Source of the DNA: a virus | Lineage: Duplodnaviria; Caudoviricetes | Length of the DNA stretch: 64,000 nucleotides | Virus record (IMG/VR): IMGVR_UViG_3300028800_000089 | Location: 2,194-66,193 of that record | Strand: one strand, 5' to 3' | In this document: piece by piece, positions 54,206-64,000 of the stretch | Layout of the letters: every line of letters begins with the position of its first letter | How positions within the stretch are numbered: the first letter of the stretch is position 1 | Notes under the pieces: generated by a model | The model's database searches: none | Told to the model about the DNA's origin: nothing | The model's input: the letters and a program-made list of their open reading frames with translations, nothing else | Made by a program: the position numbers and the translations under genes

Positions 54206-55339
54206 ATGCCAAAAACTACGCCGCATGCCAAGCACGCCGATTACGATAAGCAGATCCGAAGCCACGCCGATAAGGCTTTCGAGATAGCTGCGGAGAAGCC
54301 AGAGATCCGTGAGGAAGGCAAGAAGTCACATGACCGCTTGTTCAGCTGGCTCATGGATATCCACGAGAAGTCCAGTAAGCCAGAGTCCTTCGTTACTGAC
54401 GGCATGGTCAAGCTTGTATTAGACGAACTATATGAGCCTCAAACCGCTGGCCGTACCACTGACAACCCGGATTCTGATGATGTCCGACGCGCCCTAGAAA
54501 AGCTGTTCGCAGCTACCTTCAAGAATGGGGCTACCCTATCTCGGCAGAACGGCGACAGACCCTGGGAGCAGACCGGCTTCTTCAGTGATCCCAAGGATGC
54601 TAAGGCCGTATTCGCTAAGGTCGGTAAGGACCTATACCAGCCTCTGGGCTTCGATGATGGTGAGTGCTACTTACCAATCGATGTCAGCAAGATGCTGTGG
54701 GGCCGTGAATGGGCTCTAGCCTTCGTTGTACCGATTGCCCCGGCTTTCGAGGTTGAAGCCACCCAAGGTGCCGAAGCTGATAAGGGCATGGACCCAGTCA
54801 TGCTTGAGGTGCTGAAGGTCTGTCATACCGATATCAGTGAAGAACTCGAAGGCTTCATGAAGGCCCGTGACGGGACCGACGAAGAGAAGAAGGAAGCCAA
54901 TTACCGTCTCCGTGAGACCATTAAGCTGTGTCGTATCCGGTACAAGGATCTCGATGACAAGATGGACAAGGTCACCCAGGATCGGCCGGAGTTCGGTAAG
55001 AACTTTGAGAACGCCAATATCGGTGAAGTCGCCCATGCCTGTCTCGAATTCTTGGCTCTAAAGATCGACTCAGCCCTCGTCCGAGGCAAGATCCAGGAGA
55101 CATCGTTGGTCATTCCGAAGGCCGATGAGAACGGCGCCACGCTTCTGGAGACCATTAGGGACAAGATCAACAAAGAGCTGAAGAAGACCAATCCCGATGG
55201 TGATTACTTGGCCAGTATGATTGCCGCCGCCGCAGCGGCGCATGCTCCACTACGGCTGAAGCTCGACGAGATCAGCAAAGACACACACATCAATGAAGCA
55301 GCACAAATCCTCGTGGAAACCATACATGATATTCGCTAA
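54206..55339 (+). CDS. hypothetical protein
   Basis: 377 aa, charged and helical; AAGG RBS. Confidence 0.7.
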   Translation: MPKTTPHAKHADYDKQIRSHADKAFEIAAEKPEIREEGKKSHDRLFSWLMDIHEKSSKPESFVTDGMVKLVLDELYEPQTAGRTTDNPDSDDVRRALEKLFAATFKNGATLSRQNGDRPWEQTGFFSDPKDAKAVFAKVGKDLYQPLGFDDGECYLPIDVSKMLWGREWALAFVVPIAPAFEVEATQGAEADKGMDPVMLEVLKVCHTDISEELEGFMKARDGTDEEKKEANYRLRETIKLCRIRYKDLDDKMDKVTQDRPEFGKNFENANIGEVAHACLEFLALKIDSALVRGKIQETSLVIPKADENGATLLETIRDKINKELKKTNPDGDYLASMIAAAAAAHAPLRLKLDEISKDTHINEAAQILVETIHDIR

Positions 55340-55829
55340 AGCGTTAGGACTCCTAGTCCTGACAGCATCTACACTCTTTGCCCCCATGGTAGAGGTTAAG
55401 GATGCACCAACTACACCGTACACAGTACCATGCCCGGACCCAGTCGAACAACCGATTAAGGTCGAAGAGCCTGCACCAGCGGAACCAGAGATCAATGTCC
55501 ACCGCATCTGGGCCAAGGTAACGGCGTGCTCACCAGAGGACCCTCAGGACAAGGAGTACTACAAGCAACATGGTTATCGAGGTGCGACATACAACATCGC
55601 AGCATACTACCAACAGTTTCCCAAGGGAACCCAGATTTATGTGCCAGGGTACATGGTTAGTCATGGCGACAAATACTGGGAAGTGGATTCGCCTGGAGGA
55701 AGCGTTATTCGACGTTCACACCGGCAAGGCGTTGTCCAGATAGATGTTAAGTTCAGGACGTATCACTCAGCGCAGGAATGGGGGGTCAAGTGGATGTACA
55801 TCGACGTGATATACCCGGACAACCGCTGA
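55326..55829 (+). CDS. secreted or membrane-anchored 3D-domain-like protein (possible cell-wall lytic enzyme)
   Basis: N-terminal hydrophobic segment, Pro-rich linker, VTA.S...IAA...FP.GT.IYVPGY...VD..G..I....IDV...A.EWG. Confidence 0.7.
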   Translation: MIFAKALGLLVLTASTLFAPMVEVKDAPTTPYTVPCPDPVEQPIKVEEPAPAEPEINVHRIWAKVTACSPEDPQDKEYYKQHGYRGATYNIAAYYQQFPKGTQIYVPGYMVSHGDKYWEVDSPGGSVIRRSHRQGVVQIDVKFRTYHSAQEWGVKWMYIDVIYPDNR

Positions 55830-56542
55830 AGTTCGGTGATGTCGCCGTAACCTTCGTAGTTGATACCTCAGCCGCTATACTGGGCTACGAAGCTCTTATA
55901 GCGCTGGGGATCCAGGAGATTGTATACAACCAGCAGAAGAACCGGTACGGCGATTTCATGTATCGACTGTATGGGGCGGGTTACTACCGTGATTGGTTAC
56001 GGCGGCGCCCCCTGTCTATATCGGGCTCACATTTCTGTGGGGAGTCAAGAACCCTCAGCCTCTGCGACTCGCTTCTAGAGGTATACGAGGCAACTGACCG
56101 TAGTAAGCGCAATGTCGTTGTAGTCATCAGATTTAATCGAAACGATGACAGTGAAGCAGTGGCCTGCGACAAGCAGACCAAGGAGTTCTGCGAGCACAGC
56201 GTCAATCAAGTCCTCTACGTCGGCTTGAACCATGATACTAACATAGCTAGTTCACGGTACGGCATCCCCAAGAGTCATACGCTGATCTGTGGCGTAGACA
56301 GCTTCCGCGATGCCATGAGGTCCTGCGACAGCTCCATTAGTAGGCTCAGGGCCTTAGCGGATATCCATAATTGCCATAGGGCCTTCTCAGTAACAGCCTT
56401 TGACACTGAGGACCGGCGTAAGGCGTTCCCCATGGAATGGAGAGGTAACCGGGAGTACCACAATAAGATCGGGAAGCTAGATGAGTACAACAATCAAGTC
56501 AATTGGAAGCTGAATGGTCTCCACAGCAGATTTGCCGTTTAA
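55778..56542 (+). CDS. hypothetical protein, possible degenerate vWA fold
   Basis: VTFVVDTS resembles a partial MIDAS motif. Confidence 0.4.
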   Translation: MGGQVDVHRRDIPGQPLKFGDVAVTFVVDTSAAILGYEALIALGIQEIVYNQQKNRYGDFMYRLYGAGYYRDWLRRRPLSISGSHFCGESRTLSLCDSLLEVYEATDRSKRNVVVVIRFNRNDDSEAVACDKQTKEFCEHSVNQVLYVGLNHDTNIASSRYGIPKSHTLICGVDSFRDAMRSCDSSISRLRALADIHNCHRAFSVTAFDTEDRRKAFPMEWRGNREYHNKIGKLDEYNNQVNWKLNGLHSRFAV

Positions 56543-56964
56543 CGTTTACAGCAGGCATACCGTAGAGAGCTGGCTCAGTATTAGGGTATCACGGCGTATC
56601 GGTAGGAGCCACCTATCTGTACATCGCAGTGATGTCGCTCAGACCGAGGATCTCTTCATACAGGCCTATGAGACTGATCTCATCAGGATAGGGCCAGACA
56701 AGATCTGGGCGACCTGTAATGGGTATCCCACGGCTACGGTGCTGAAGTATTTGAGGATCCTGACTGGGCTCAAGTGGAAGCTTGACGGTGGCTGCGTTGC
56801 TGTTTCAACACCGCGACAGACGTGGTTTATGTCGCCCAAAGACATGGTCGCTATCAAGCAGGTTTACAACGGTGGATTAATTGAGTATATTTTCCCTGAT
56901 AACGTGGTGCTACCACAGGTTAACCCGATTCATGTCAACGAGTTGTGTCGCGTTTAGCATAGCT

Positions 56965-56993
56965 TTGCTATACCACCGTGCCGTACCTATAAT
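56965..56993 (+). promoter_or_regulatory. sigma70-type promoter
   Basis: TTGCTA-17 nt-TATAAT upstream of GAGGAG RBS and ATG 57024. Confidence 0.7.
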
Positions 56994-57023
56994 TGCTGGT
57001 CCCAGGACCCCAGAGGAGAGCGC

Positions 57024-57587
57024 ATGTTCGAAGGCATTACCTTTACTCCAGAACTCCCACCAATCGACCAATTATTCAAGAATGCGACCGTAGTAGAGAC
57101 CCTGTGCATAGGTCACTATATTCACGTAGATGCTTATGGCTACATAGTTTGGGTGAACACCGGTCGGTCACTACATAACGTATCTAACGCAAATCCATTT
57201 ACGAACCTCCAGCGGGCCGTCCTGTTTATCCAGGCCTACCATGACGCCATGAAGACAGGAAATCAGGCTCTCATCGACGAGTGCCTGCTGAAGCATCACA
57301 TTGAGGTGGAATCCGATAGGACCCCTCCCGTTGTCCTGTTACCCCGGGATGACGAGCTGTACCAATTCAATGAGCAACACCTCACTGGCGGTGACTCCCT
57401 GGTTACGTTGACTCGTAGACAGGCCATCGAGTTTACTAGAGAGGCCGTTAAGCGTATTTCAGATGAGGAAGGTTACAGGCACCCCGCTGACTTAAGCGAC
57501 GAAGCTATGTTAGGAGAGTTCATCGCGGTTCACTGGGCCTGGAAAGTCGGAGAAGAGAAAGTAAAGGTCGCCACTACGGCGGCTTGA
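57024..57587 (+). CDS. hypothetical protein
   Basis: promoter and GAGGAG RBS upstream. Confidence 0.7.
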   Translation: MFEGITFTPELPPIDQLFKNATVVETLCIGHYIHVDAYGYIVWVNTGRSLHNVSNANPFTNLQRAVLFIQAYHDAMKTGNQALIDECLLKHHIEVESDRTPPVVLLPRDDELYQFNEQHLTGGDSLVTLTRRQAIEFTREAVKRISDEEGYRHPADLSDEAMLGEFIAVHWAWKVGEEKVKVATTAA

Positions 57588-57618
57588 TTATCACTCCCGA
57601 GGTTATATAACCTCAGGA
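57584..57618 (+). promoter_or_regulatory. promoter with overlapping perfect 16-bp palindrome (operator)
   Basis: TTGATT-16 nt-TATAAC; GAGGTTATATAACCTC at 57599-57614. Confidence 0.6.
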
Positions 57619-57640
57619 ATCATTCCAAAGAAGGATTACT

Positions 57641-58783
57641 ATGCCGGAAATCATGACACGCGAACTAGCCGAAGACACCCTAGAAGCCTGGGAAGACGCT
57701 GGTCGCAGTGGTAGAGCAGCAGCACGAGAACTCGGTATCCCACGGTCAACCTTTAGAGATCGGCTAGCAGCCGCTCAACGCCTACTGGGTATTCACCCCG
57801 GCGCAATGGTGCCCGTGCCGGTTCCCGAGGGACACAGAACTACACGGACTACAGTACAATACGATGGTGAAGGCAACATCGAGCGGGAATGGCGCAAGCT
57901 AGCTCCTCAGGCTCAGCTTCTACAGGAAGTGGCTGACGAGCTATGCGCCCAAGTCGAGGGCAAGTGCCCCAAGCTACCGAAGCCCGATAAGGACCTACCG
58001 GATGACGTGATGTTCCACGTCGGTCTCTGGGATCAGCATATCGGCATGTTGGCGCATGCCTCAGAGACCGGTGAAGACTACGATCTCAAGATCTGTGAGA
58101 AGCTCGTAGTTGGAGCCATTACTAAGTTGGTAGCCGAAGCCGGCGAATTCGGTAAAGCCGTACTGGTGTGCGGCGGTGACTTGTTCCACAGTGATACCCG
58201 CAAAGCCATCACTGAGCGCGGAGGTAACCACCTCGATGTTGACTCCAGACAGTTCAAGATCTGGGAAGTCGCCACGCGCATCCTACATACCTGCGTTAAC
58301 CTCATCGCATCACGGTGTAACTCCATCAAACTCGTCGTGATCCCCGGTAACCATGACTGGGAGTCATCATTCCACTTGTCGAGACTACTTGAGGCGTATT
58401 ACCGTAATGAGAAGCGTGTCGAAGTCGTAAACACTCCAGCCACGAGACAATACGTCCAACACGGTACAGTCCTACTGGGCTTCCACCATGGACACCTCGT
58501 CAAGCCCAAGGATCTCCCTAGCTTGATGGCTGTCGAACAGCCCAAGGCTTGGGGCGACACAACGGTACGTCATTGGTTCATGGGTCATATCCACCGAAAC
58601 GTCGTGGAGTCCATGCACGGTGTCGTTATGGAGCATATGGAGTCATTGGTATCTCCAGATGCTTGGTCCGCTGAAATGGGCTATATCGGTTCCCAGCGGC
58701 GCCTAACCGGCTTCCTCTGGCATGCCAAGCACGGACTGCGGAAGCGTATTTATGTCAGTGCCAAGGAAGTACTCGACGAATAA
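57641..58783 (+). CDS. HTH plus calcineurin-like metallophosphoesterase
   Basis: RAAARELGIPRSTFRDRL HTH; DQHIG, GGDLFH, GNHD, HGH, GHIH. Confidence 0.85.
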   Translation: MPEIMTRELAEDTLEAWEDAGRSGRAAARELGIPRSTFRDRLAAAQRLLGIHPGAMVPVPVPEGHRTTRTTVQYDGEGNIEREWRKLAPQAQLLQEVADELCAQVEGKCPKLPKPDKDLPDDVMFHVGLWDQHIGMLAHASETGEDYDLKICEKLVVGAITKLVAEAGEFGKAVLVCGGDLFHSDTRKAITERGGNHLDVDSRQFKIWEVATRILHTCVNLIASRCNSIKLVVIPGNHDWESSFHLSRLLEAYYRNEKRVEVVNTPATRQYVQHGTVLLGFHHGHLVKPKDLPSLMAVEQPKAWGDTTVRHWFMGHIHRNVVESMHGVVMEHMESLVSPDAWSAEMGYIGSQRRLTGFLWHAKHGLRKRIYVSAKEVLDE

Positions 58784-58966
58784 GGAACATATGGACATAC
58801 AAGAGCTAGAGAAAGCATTTCGTGATTCAGGAATAACCAACGTCGTGTGGGACTGTAGCCCACAGGTGCAAGCGGTTATAGACCATCCAGACTTCTGTAA
58901 AGTAGATGAAGAGGTCCTACGCAGGGCTGAACTCAGCTGCCAACGAATCAAAGAGCGAATGCGATA

Positions 58967-59383
58967 ATGCTACCACAAGAAGATGCAGAACAGGAAGGGG
59001 AGGGCGAACAGCTCTCCTCTTCTGAGTTATTGGAGGCTGCCAACAGCCTTAAAGGCGTATTCAATAAACTGGTAGACGCGTATGCCAGCAATAACGACGA
59101 TGTCACCATCAGTTCGTACATAGCTGCGGTACAGCGGAATCCAACTCACGTTGCCGTGCTGATGAAGATGCTGGGATACATCCTTGCTGAGAGCGTCAAT
59201 CAGAAAGCATCGATTACTATCACGACTACTAAGAAAGGCGTGAATGGAGCCGAGAACTCCGTCCTGACCTTTATGGTGCGTGACGCCACTGATGAGTATC
59301 CCGCGAAGTCCATGGAGATCATTAAGCAGGCCTTCGATAAGACGCTAGATGACTACAAGAAATCCGATCCCCGGTTGAACTAA
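58967..59383 (+). CDS. hypothetical protein
   Basis: TAATG coupling. Confidence 0.6.
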   Translation: MLPQEDAEQEGEGEQLSSSELLEAANSLKGVFNKLVDAYASNNDDVTISSYIAAVQRNPTHVAVLMKMLGYILAESVNQKASITITTTKKGVNGAENSVLTFMVRDATDEYPAKSMEIIKQAFDKTLDDYKKSDPRLN

Positions 59384-59551
59384 TGACAAAGCTAACAATA
59401 CTTAATGACGATTTCCACGATAGATCAGTATTCGAGATCAATGGTAAGCACTACGCCCACGTCAGTGGCCACGAGATGAACACCGAGTTCTGGCTAAAGT
59501 TGATCAAGAAACTAGGTATTACAGTAGTTATACAAGACGTAGAGATAGTCC

Positions 59552-60133
59552 ATGATTGAGTTCACTAAAGAGAACGTCATGGCTATGATTCGTAAGGATG
59601 TCGAAGATCGTATATCTAAAATAAGGACGTTGACCGAGGCGGACTACGAGAACGATCAGAAACCAGCTATAGTACGGAAGCTGTGGGATCTCAACCAGGT
59701 CAATGACATGGTATTCTACTCGTTGATGAACAAGCTCCACGTTTACATGACTCTAGAGGGCTGGGAGAATCTTGAGTCGGTAATGGGTAATCTCTTTGAT
59801 GATGCCTACTTCGGTATCTATTATGAGCCTATCCTCGAAGAAGACGATAACGTCCATGTGGCGTCGTTTCATTTCAAATGGTGCGACGATAGTTACCAAG
59901 GTACGGTTAAGCCCAGTGAATGGCCGGCGCTCTTGGATTGGTATTTGGATTTCGCTAAGAAAGAGAATCAGTTCCACGAGGACCTAGAGAAGGACTTAGA
60001 GGGGTTCTTGAACAGTGACGGTAATGGTAGATGTTTTGCCATTATCGGAGACTATTGGGATGAGTATCCCAAGGTGTTCAGAACTGCATACGATTGGTGG
60101 ATAAAGAATAACAAGTACAAGGAAGCAAAATGA
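59552..60133 (+). CDS. hypothetical protein
   Basis: 193 aa, ATGA-coupled to next gene. Confidence 0.65.
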   Translation: MIEFTKENVMAMIRKDVEDRISKIRTLTEADYENDQKPAIVRKLWDLNQVNDMVFYSLMNKLHVYMTLEGWENLESVMGNLFDDAYFGIYYEPILEEDDNVHVASFHFKWCDDSYQGTVKPSEWPALLDWYLDFAKKENQFHEDLEKDLEGFLNSDGNGRCFAIIGDYWDEYPKVFRTAYDWWIKNNKYKEAK

Positions 60134-60702
60134 CAACATACGTAATCGCTGTAGTCAACTCGACTAAGCTATACCCCAATATCGATCCATTCATCCCACA
60201 GCCGGCCATGGGTAACATGCTGCCGACGACCAAGGGATACGATGAGAAGTTCCAGGAGAAGCTATTCAAGATCCAGTCAGAGATCGTAGCTGATCCCCTG
60301 TTCGCTTACCCAACAGACCTGTCGCTGGCATACTACACTCCAGCCAAGGTAGGCCAGCTACCGGAGAAGCTCAAGGTACAGCGCTTCGTCGGTGATGAGA
60401 TCCGCATCAAGCAACTGGGTCTACCGGTAGACGTGGATCGCAACGACTTCGTTGTGACCGGCGTCAACCCATTCGTTGACCGTGCATTGCTCACCGGCTT
60501 CTTGGCACGCACCAATGCGTCGCTACCATGCTGGTGCAAGCCCGACACCGAGGTCCTGGATATCTGGAAGTTCCTCAGCAGCTCCAATGACTGGCGCACC
60601 GTCGCCACACTATGGGATCTCAGTAAGGACCCCATGGAAGCTACTAGGGAGATGATTGATCGTCTCCTGGCTACCCGAATGTGGATGGCAGAGGCTAAGT
60701 GA
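60130..60702 (+). CDS. hypothetical protein
   Basis: AAGGAA RBS; weak resemblance to DnaQ-like G.N...D motif. Confidence 0.6.
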   Translation: MTTYVIAVVNSTKLYPNIDPFIPQPAMGNMLPTTKGYDEKFQEKLFKIQSEIVADPLFAYPTDLSLAYYTPAKVGQLPEKLKVQRFVGDEIRIKQLGLPVDVDRNDFVVTGVNPFVDRALLTGFLARTNASLPCWCKPDTEVLDIWKFLSSSNDWRTVATLWDLSKDPMEATREMIDRLLATRMWMAEAK

Positions 60703-61247
60703 GCGACGACTGTTACGTCTCAGCAGCCCCAATCGATGTCTCGTGCTTACTAGTAACTGCGCTATGGGCGCAGATACGATCAAAAGACCCCAGAACCAAA
60801 GTAGGTGCTGGGGTCTATGATCCAGTTAGTGGAGCCATCTACTTGGGGTACAACGGCTTGCCGCCTGGGGTGCCGGATCTGAAGTCCATCTGGGACAACA
60901 GAGACGCGTACTCCCCGGGGAACAAGTATCAGTACGCCATTCATGCTGAAGCCAATGCTATCCGTAAAGCTGCACTGGCACTAGGTGACTTATCGAATTG
61001 TATTCTTTATGTAACCCATTATCCGTGTCACAGTTGTATGAAGGACTTCATTATCCCATTCGGGATCAAGCATGTTGTCTACATGCAGTCCCGTGAGGAT
61101 AAGGCTTCAGAGGAGCTGGCTAGTGCCAGTGACATTGAAGTCGTTAGGTCCATGCTTGACGTTGATGTCATTAACGGGACCACCAAGGATTGGGCCGGAT
61201 GGCCTAAGACTATCACTATCACTGAAAGAAAGAGTCAGTTCACATGA
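60699..61247 (+). CDS. dCMP deaminase
   Basis: RSKDP.TKVGA, GYNG.P, IHAEANAI, LYVTHYPCHSC. Confidence 0.92.
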   Translation: MSDDCYVSAAPIDVSCLLVTALWAQIRSKDPRTKVGAGVYDPVSGAIYLGYNGLPPGVPDLKSIWDNRDAYSPGNKYQYAIHAEANAIRKAALALGDLSNCILYVTHYPCHSCMKDFIIPFGIKHVVYMQSREDKASEELASASDIEVVRSMLDVDVINGTTKDWAGWPKTITITERKSQFT

Positions 61248-62320
61248 CCGCTGAATGCCATGAACTAAGTAGGCGTAAAGACGGTACCCATGAGATGTTT
61301 AGCCTCCGGGAGACCCCGTGGCACAAGCTCGGTAAGGTACTAGAAGCAGAGATTACTGATGACCAAGTCCTCGTTGAGGCTGGTCTGAACTGGGAGGTAC
61401 TCCAAGAGGAGGTATTCGCCGCTAATAACCACGAAGGTGCCGATGGCGCTTTCCAAGCTATCCCGGGCTTCAAGGTCCTGAAGCGCAGCGATACCGGCTT
61501 CCCGCTATCCATCGTTGGAGAGCGCTACAGAGTGTTCCAGAACCACGAGATGGTCAAGGCCATGCGTCTTATCGCTAAGGACCTACACGTTGTGTGGGAA
61601 ACTGCTGGGGCGCTTAGGGGCGGTCAGATCGTGTGGACCATGGGCTACATGCCGGACTTGGTCTATAACGTGAAGAACGACGCCATTAAGACCTACATGC
61701 TGATCACCAATGGTCACGGTAACGCTAAGTCGTTAATGCTTACCCCAACTACAATTAGAGTCGTTTGCCGGAATACGCTGCGTATGGCTACTGCCGGCAA
61801 TGAAGCAGAGCGTCTACGGCGTGCCACTGAAGGGGACTACAGTGATGTCGCTCTTTCAGAGGGTTTCTCGATCCGTCACAATGGTAGCTTAGACGCCATC
61901 CTAGCCGGTGTCGTCGGGGCGTACTCAGATATCGTCAAGGACGCAGAATCGACGAAAGCGGTGTCCGAGGCCCTAGCAGACAAAGATATGGCTAGAAAGG
62001 ACTCCCAGGCCTACTGGCGCACGGTATTTGGCCTAGAGGCCCCAGCTGGCTTAGACGAGGCTGAACGGGTCAAGGCTATGCGCAGGGAAACGAAGATCAT
62101 TACGAAGCTCGACTCAATCATGGACTCCCCGACATGCGCGGCTCCAGAGATCAAGGACACCCTCTGGGCAGCCCTCCAGGCCTGCACGGAGTACGTTGAT
62201 CACCACGATGTCAGCGATACCAGTAGTGCTGCTAGGCGGTTCCAGACCGCTAACTTCGGTACTGGATTGCAGTTAAAGCAGAAGGCTTGGGATAGTGCTC
62301 TAGAGCTGCTGGGGGCCTAG
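61244..62320 (+). CDS. DUF932 family phage/plasmid protein
   Basis: PWH.LG, AGLNWEV, RSDT, Y...QN, ETAGALRGG, N.H.....L....T.IRVVC.NTL, TLW...QA.TEYVDH. Confidence 0.85.
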   Translation: MTAECHELSRRKDGTHEMFSLRETPWHKLGKVLEAEITDDQVLVEAGLNWEVLQEEVFAANNHEGADGAFQAIPGFKVLKRSDTGFPLSIVGERYRVFQNHEMVKAMRLIAKDLHVVWETAGALRGGQIVWTMGYMPDLVYNVKNDAIKTYMLITNGHGNAKSLMLTPTTIRVVCRNTLRMATAGNEAERLRRATEGDYSDVALSEGFSIRHNGSLDAILAGVVGAYSDIVKDAESTKAVSEALADKDMARKDSQAYWRTVFGLEAPAGLDEAERVKAMRRETKIITKLDSIMDSPTCAAPEIKDTLWAALQACTEYVDHHDVSDTSSAARRFQTANFGTGLQLKQKAWDSALELLGA

Positions 62321-62661
62321 TGATCAAGCTGACTCCAGTAGAACACCCCAAGAATCCCAAGGACAAGTACGAAATCGAGCTGAACCTCATGCATGGGGAC
62401 GCCGATAAGAACGAGAACGTCGTAGTCAAATGCAGGGATGAAACTGCCTTTATGAGAATGATGGAGGCGCTCAAGAACATACCACTGCCCACTGGGGCAG
62501 GCGGTAAGAGCTACGAGCAGTGGTGCGAAAATGTATTCCAGGGTTGGATACCTAGTGACTGTATCTTCGGTCAGCACCAGAGATGCAGCGCCGCCATAGA
62601 AGGCTTTACTGGCTTTTACTGGAACCCAAACGGTATCAAGCATTACGCCGAAGTGATCTGA
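62320..62661 (+). CDS. hypothetical phage protein
   Basis: MHGDAD motif; stop/start coupling. Confidence 0.65.
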   Translation: MIKLTPVEHPKNPKDKYEIELNLMHGDADKNENVVVKCRDETAFMRMMEALKNIPLPTGAGGKSYEQWCENVFQGWIPSDCIFGQHQRCSAAIEGFTGFYWNPNGIKHYAEVI

Positions 62662-62681
62662 TAGCTAAAAACAAACACAAC

Positions 62682-62702
62682 CCCTGGGCTAACCACCCAG
62701 GG
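62682..62702 (+). promoter_or_regulatory. intergenic hairpin just before an RBS
   Basis: CCCTGGG-ctaacca-CCCAGGG with no U-tract. Confidence 0.45.
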
Positions 62703-62714
62703 ACAAGGAAACAC

Positions 62715-63011
62715 ATGGGCTGGTACAAAATTTGGTATGTCGGTAATGGTGGCTATGAGTGCGATGAGCGCTACGTAGAGCTATATGATTCTGATGATAA
62801 ATATGAGATGTCCGAACAAGTCCAGGAGCACCTGGGGCCACTACCCGGTGGAGCCCGTTCGGTCAATTGGGATAAAGTTGAGTATCTCCCGGATAAGGAG
62901 TTAGACGAGAAAATAAAGCATCAGCAATGGGTCATCGAGAATGGAGCTGAGAGGGCTCATAAGAAGATCATCGAACTAGAGAAGATGCGTAAACCCAAGG
63001 CAGCACGATGA
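62715..63011 (+). CDS. hypothetical protein
   Basis: AAGGAA RBS before ATG 62715. Confidence 0.65.
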   Translation: MGWYKIWYVGNGGYECDERYVELYDSDDKYEMSEQVQEHLGPLPGGARSVNWDKVEYLPDKELDEKIKHQQWVIENGAERAHKKIIELEKMRKPKAAR

Positions 63012-63460
63012 GGTGCTACTGGGGTTGTCCAGATTCTGAGTTACAGGCTCTTATTGATCACCGCGCCTCAAAGACCAAGGAACTGACAGCAGCACATAAA
63101 GATGCACGCTGCGTCTACTTTCCCATGGAAGAGAAGTACCAAGTATTCGTGAACCATAAGATGATCGGTAGCTTCAGCTTCGATCAGATTGAAGCCATAG
63201 ACTCAGCGATACTCAAACTCAAGGAAACACATGACCGATGACGAAATGAGCATTCTGTGGAAGGAGATGCAGACACTGAAGACAACTGTTGAATGGCTGA
63301 ACACCCGTTTGGATCTAGCCAGAATCTCCGGTACCAGGGAGACACGTAACAAGTACCTCTCTGAGTCGTATCTCCGCCTTACTACGGCGCAGAAATCATT
63401 GAGGGAAATCACAGAGATGCTTATGGGTCACGACGCATCACTTCTACACGGAATCTCCTA

Positions 63461-64000
63461 ATGGGACACTTCTCACTACATTGCTGCTTAAGCGGCATCC
63501 CCATTAACGAAGGCGCCCCAGTTGCTGGCTGGCATTTACAACCGACAAAGTTCAAAGAGCTGTCGTGTGAGCGATGGCTACCTCTCACGTTTCCAGTCGT
63601 AGGTACCTATGATGGGTACGGGCGTATTGAAAACGGTAAAGGCGATAAACTCACTAATGACAATGAGTACCTAGCGCTGTGCCACCAGGACCTCTGGGAT
63701 GAGCTACCGAGCCTCTGGGATTCCAGAGACGGTGGGTCGATGCAGAAGGCCGTAGAGGATGCGCACAAGGAGTTCCTGGAGCGACGCGATGAAACGTCTG
63801 ATATGCGATGGCGGAAGTCACCGTATTGGGATGCACATTCAGCAGTCTTCCAGAGGCGCTACCCGCTGACTTGGCTTACTAACCTGTGTCTCGGTGAGCC
63901 AGCTGAGAGCGACGGTAAGCCCAGTAAGGAAACGGAGGATTGGGGCCATGAGCGACACTGTGGCCCATTCGAGAAGCTACTTCTCTACCTCGTTATATCG
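63461..64000 (+). CDS. conserved phage hypothetical protein, runs off the window end
   Basis: MGHFSLHCCLSGIPI...FPVVGTYDGYG; TAATG coupling. Confidence 0.6.
   Translation, partial: MGHFSLHCCLSGIPINEGAPVAGWHLQPTKFKELSCERWLPLTFPVVGTYDGYGRIENGKGDKLTNDNEYLALCHQDLWDELPSLWDSRDGGSMQKAVEDAHKEFLERRDETSDMRWRKSPYWDAHSAVFQRRYPLTWLTNLCLGEPAESDGKPSKETEDWGHERHCGPFEKLLLYLVIS

Noticed and set aside
60130-60702. DnaQ-like exonuclease call
   Set aside because: Only a partial ExoII-like pattern; the ExoI acidic residues are missing.
1-64000. Stop-codon reassignment (TAG or TGA)
   Set aside because: Core genes are full length and ORFs tile densely under the standard code; all three stops are used.

Overview
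This window is a 64-kb segment of a large tailed dsDNA phage genome. It uses the standard genetic code, and almost all genes lie on the + strand with tight overlaps and AAGGA-type ribosome binding sites. 1-18.8 kb and 46.7-64 kb are dense accessory regions of small ORFs, which include an HD (SpoT/Mesh1-like) hydrolase, two deaminase-fold proteins, a HAD phosphatase, an RNA ligase, NADAR, RuvC, a 3D-domain protein, an HTH-metallophosphoesterase and DUF932. A terminase large subunit is the only convincing minus-strand gene and converges on an HNH-type endonuclease. An AT-rich, doubly palindromic, origin-like element at 22.58-22.76 kb precedes a replication/recombination block (SbcD, SbcC, SF2 helicase, DnaB-like helicase, primase, UDG-fused PolA, probable SSB, RecA-like protein). 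The standout feature sits inside that block: two paralogous ubiquitin-like conjugation modules, each ordered E2-like, JAB peptidase, E1/ThiF. They come with a single-domain Ubl that lacks the terminal Gly and a three-domain polyubiquitin-like precursor with repeated KVEGA ends, and they interrupt and flank the sbcD-sbcC pair. A long G.U-rich RNA rod at 12.73-12.81 kb is also notable. All protein calls come from motif reading only; no database searches were run.
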